Below, piece after piece: positions 61,301 to 64,000 of a DNA stretch of 64,000 bases (position 1 is its first letter; each line of letters opens with the position of its first letter). This DNA comes from Laetmonice hystrix (taxonomy: Eukaryota): the NCBI GenBank assembly GCA_965235115.1, contig OZ249436.1, forward strand, positions 9,920,001-9,984,000. Direction: 5' to 3'. The translations under genes and the position numbers were made by a program. Under the pieces are notes generated by a model. That model was not told the origin of the DNA and ran no database searches. It saw nothing but the letters and a program-made list of their open reading frames with translations.

Positions 61301-64000
61301 CAGCCAACGACATGATAGGTCGGCCGGTGTTACCGGACTATGTATGAGGTCGGCCGCCAATACTTCACCGTTTCTACCCGGGCGGGCGGGGCTGGCCTCT
61401 CGGACCGGTTAGCACCGTGAGGCCGGACTCGTGGCACTTTGAGCGGTCGGCTCGACGGGTCAAGGTGTCTCAGATGAGGTCCGGCTACCGTTGCGAACAG
61501 CTGGGACCTGTCTACAAGGGTGATTGATCTGCCAAACGCCGCGTCTGTGGTTCCGGCGTGCATCACTCGTCCCTTCATACATTGGCTTCACCCAGAAGTA
61601 AACGATTTAACATGTGCTCGGGAAATGTTATCGTTTTCCAATGTTCATATTTGTAAGTGCATTGGTGCAATCTGTTAGGACGGCACCAAGTAGATTTGAC
61701 TGTAGGGGGCAGTGGAAGCACACATGTTAAGACGCAAAACTTCCATCGGCCACATAAAAATCCGCCGCAATATGTATAAAACGGCTAGGGAATATATCAA
61801 ACGAAGGGGGGTAACACTTTAATAACAACTGACCCTCCTCGGACCAGCGTATAACAAAATGTGACAAATGGAAGAACAGTCTGTCAACAATTTTGCGATT
61901 TCTCCCAAAAGAGCGTGTTTGCCTTCTTCCTGCATCGCTAATTGATAAAAATGACATTCATCGAATGTATCAAAACTTCTATGTGCGGTAACGGTAATGT
62001 ATTGAATGTTCTATGGCACGGCAAGGCCGGTACAGGCGGATATAGTCTCATTTGACTTACGTCCGTGAAAATGGATTAATATCAGAGAGAAAGAGAGGAC
62101 CAGGAAGCGCTTGGTACTACGTAGTCAAGTAGGTCATCTGATCATTCCCATGTGGGGCCATGTCTGGCACACATTGGCCAGTTTCTGGCCCCGTGTCTGG
62201 CATTTGTCCCACGTTTCCAGTTGTCCCCCTACTCGCCAGCCAGGAGGCAGGGATCAGGTGGGGCCTGCGATCTATCCCACAAATTCTGTTGTTGATTACG
62301 TGGCCGGAACATTTGACCGCTCGTGAAACTCGTCCACACGAGCCGCCCCAAGGATCAAACTCATCCGGTCGAGTTGGAATTATCATTTCTTTATTGGCCA
62401 ACGGATTCTTATCGGAGTGAAGAATGCCATCATTCAATGTCTGGCAGACGAATAAATATAACCGTCAGTCAGCTCTACGGTCTGCTGTAAACGTCGACAT
62501 CACAGAAACGTCGTGTGTGCTGTGTGCTACAAGCACAACGAGATATGATGGCGGATTATATGCAAGGTGATGCAATACGTGAACAATCCTGGACTATTGA
62601 TGTGCCTCCATCCTGTGCTATTGCCTTCCCTTCATGTTTCTGCTTGCTATTCCTACTTGTTGGACGCACGAGTAGTGGTCCGAAGATAGACCCATACAAT
62701 GGATCCTGGATCCCGAGTCGGACGGTAGCAGATCTGCCCTCAGTTACTGCCCTAGCAGGCCATGTGACAAGCTTCATAAATGACTTCCTCTGGCGAGTGG
62801 GAATGTGTGTGATATGTGTGTCAGAGGCTGGGTTATCTCTCTTCAGTTCTCATCTGTATTAACTGGATCCAAATCATTGCCTCACGTCAGTGTGAGACGC
62901 CTAGACTCACGAACTGGGCACTATATAGCACGATGATAGATTAAACATTCTTTCAATGTGATTGCGGATCGCCATCGAGCTAGCTGCAAGCAGGAGAAGA
63001 GCGTCTGGATGTAAAGTGCGGCTGAGCCAAAGCCTCGACCATACCCCACACGGATCTGGGAGCTACTTTAAGCTAACAACCGTTATTGGCTTCCGAGACA
63101 GGGCATCGTTGTTACGTCCATAAAACGGTTAATAAAGTGTCTCTTGCTGATCCCATTGGGCCATCACGACACGCAATACAAGGCGGCATTCAGTGCTATA
63201 ATACATCCCCCATGGCTCACACCGCAGACACAGTCCTAGCAGGTGTCCAATAAGGAGGCTGGCCATGCTGGCAAAAACATTTCTTCAATATACGAGTACA
63301 CATACAGTGATCCTGCGGTTTCCTGCCGGTGGCACAAATTCCCATGAGTGGCACCAATACGAAAGGTGATTTCATATCTTGCGATCTTCACAATAGGAAA
63401 GTGTCTTTCTGATAATCAGATACAATCAGATCTGTTTCACAGCCCCTAGTGCGAAGTGATCGAAAATAGGCATAAACAAATGATTCATACTGTGATGCGT
63501 TAAACATCCTTTAGGGATAGCTCTAAGATCAAATGTGAAGCTAACTTTACAGATAATAATATTGTTCGCCCAGGGATTAACAAAGTGAAAGACAGAGATT
63601 GGAGTTTGGTGAGGCCGGACTGCAGGGTCCATTCTCCGGCCTCCGTCCCGTTGGGTGCACAGTAGACTTTGTCTCAGTCCGTGCCCAGACGGCAGCCGTT
63701 ATGGCAGTAATACGATGGTGGAGTATCCATGGGTGAGTCACGACAAGTCATTATCAAGTTACAACCACAGTGCCACTCGCACGACAAGCCGATACCATCG
63801 ACCCCGTGAGCTAATCACGTCAGTCCCTACTAACCGTTCATCAGGGCATGCCGTCACTACCATTAATCTGCCTCATTATCGCCCAGATAATCCACCCGAA
63901 TTATAAGTATCGCATCCTGAAGAAAAAACTGCAAGCGAGTTCTACTACTGGACTGATGCGGCTTCTGTCGTCAGCTCCTAGCCTAGGCCACAGGACTGTT

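Noticed and set aside
55082-64000. Search for the netrin V-2 exon (CNCNLHARRC...HRKACK) and other upstream exons
   Set aside because: No Cys-patterned exon was seen; the ORFs here (e.g. 61330-61578, 58095-58517) have no netrin similarity, so I treat the region as one intron of more than 8.9 kb.

Overview
Eukaryotic genomic DNA with spliceosomal introns, most likely from an invertebrate chordate (amphioxus-like; the taxon is my inference from gene structure and sequence style). Three spliced protein-coding genes can be rebuilt by hand. (1) A Fringe glycosyltransferase on the - strand: exons 1-2 are in the window and the gene runs off the left edge. (2) A complete 8-exon syntaxin-8 (STX8) on the + strand, 4433-33128, 241 aa, head-to-head with Fringe with only 184 bp between the start codons. 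(3) The 3' part of a netrin-1-type gene on the - strand: five exons from 55081 to the stop at 43667, tail-to-tail with STX8, with the 5' exons apparently beyond the right edge. The rest is intronic or intergenic DNA with several non-autonomous DNA-transposon (MITE) relics, minisatellites, GC-rich enhancer-like blocks, CTCF-like motifs and a cluster of TAGGCCTA palindromes over the netrin gene. Most ORF-track entries are spurious. I found no rRNA, tRNA, CRISPR array or intact transposase/RT gene. Coordinates and counts were done by eye.
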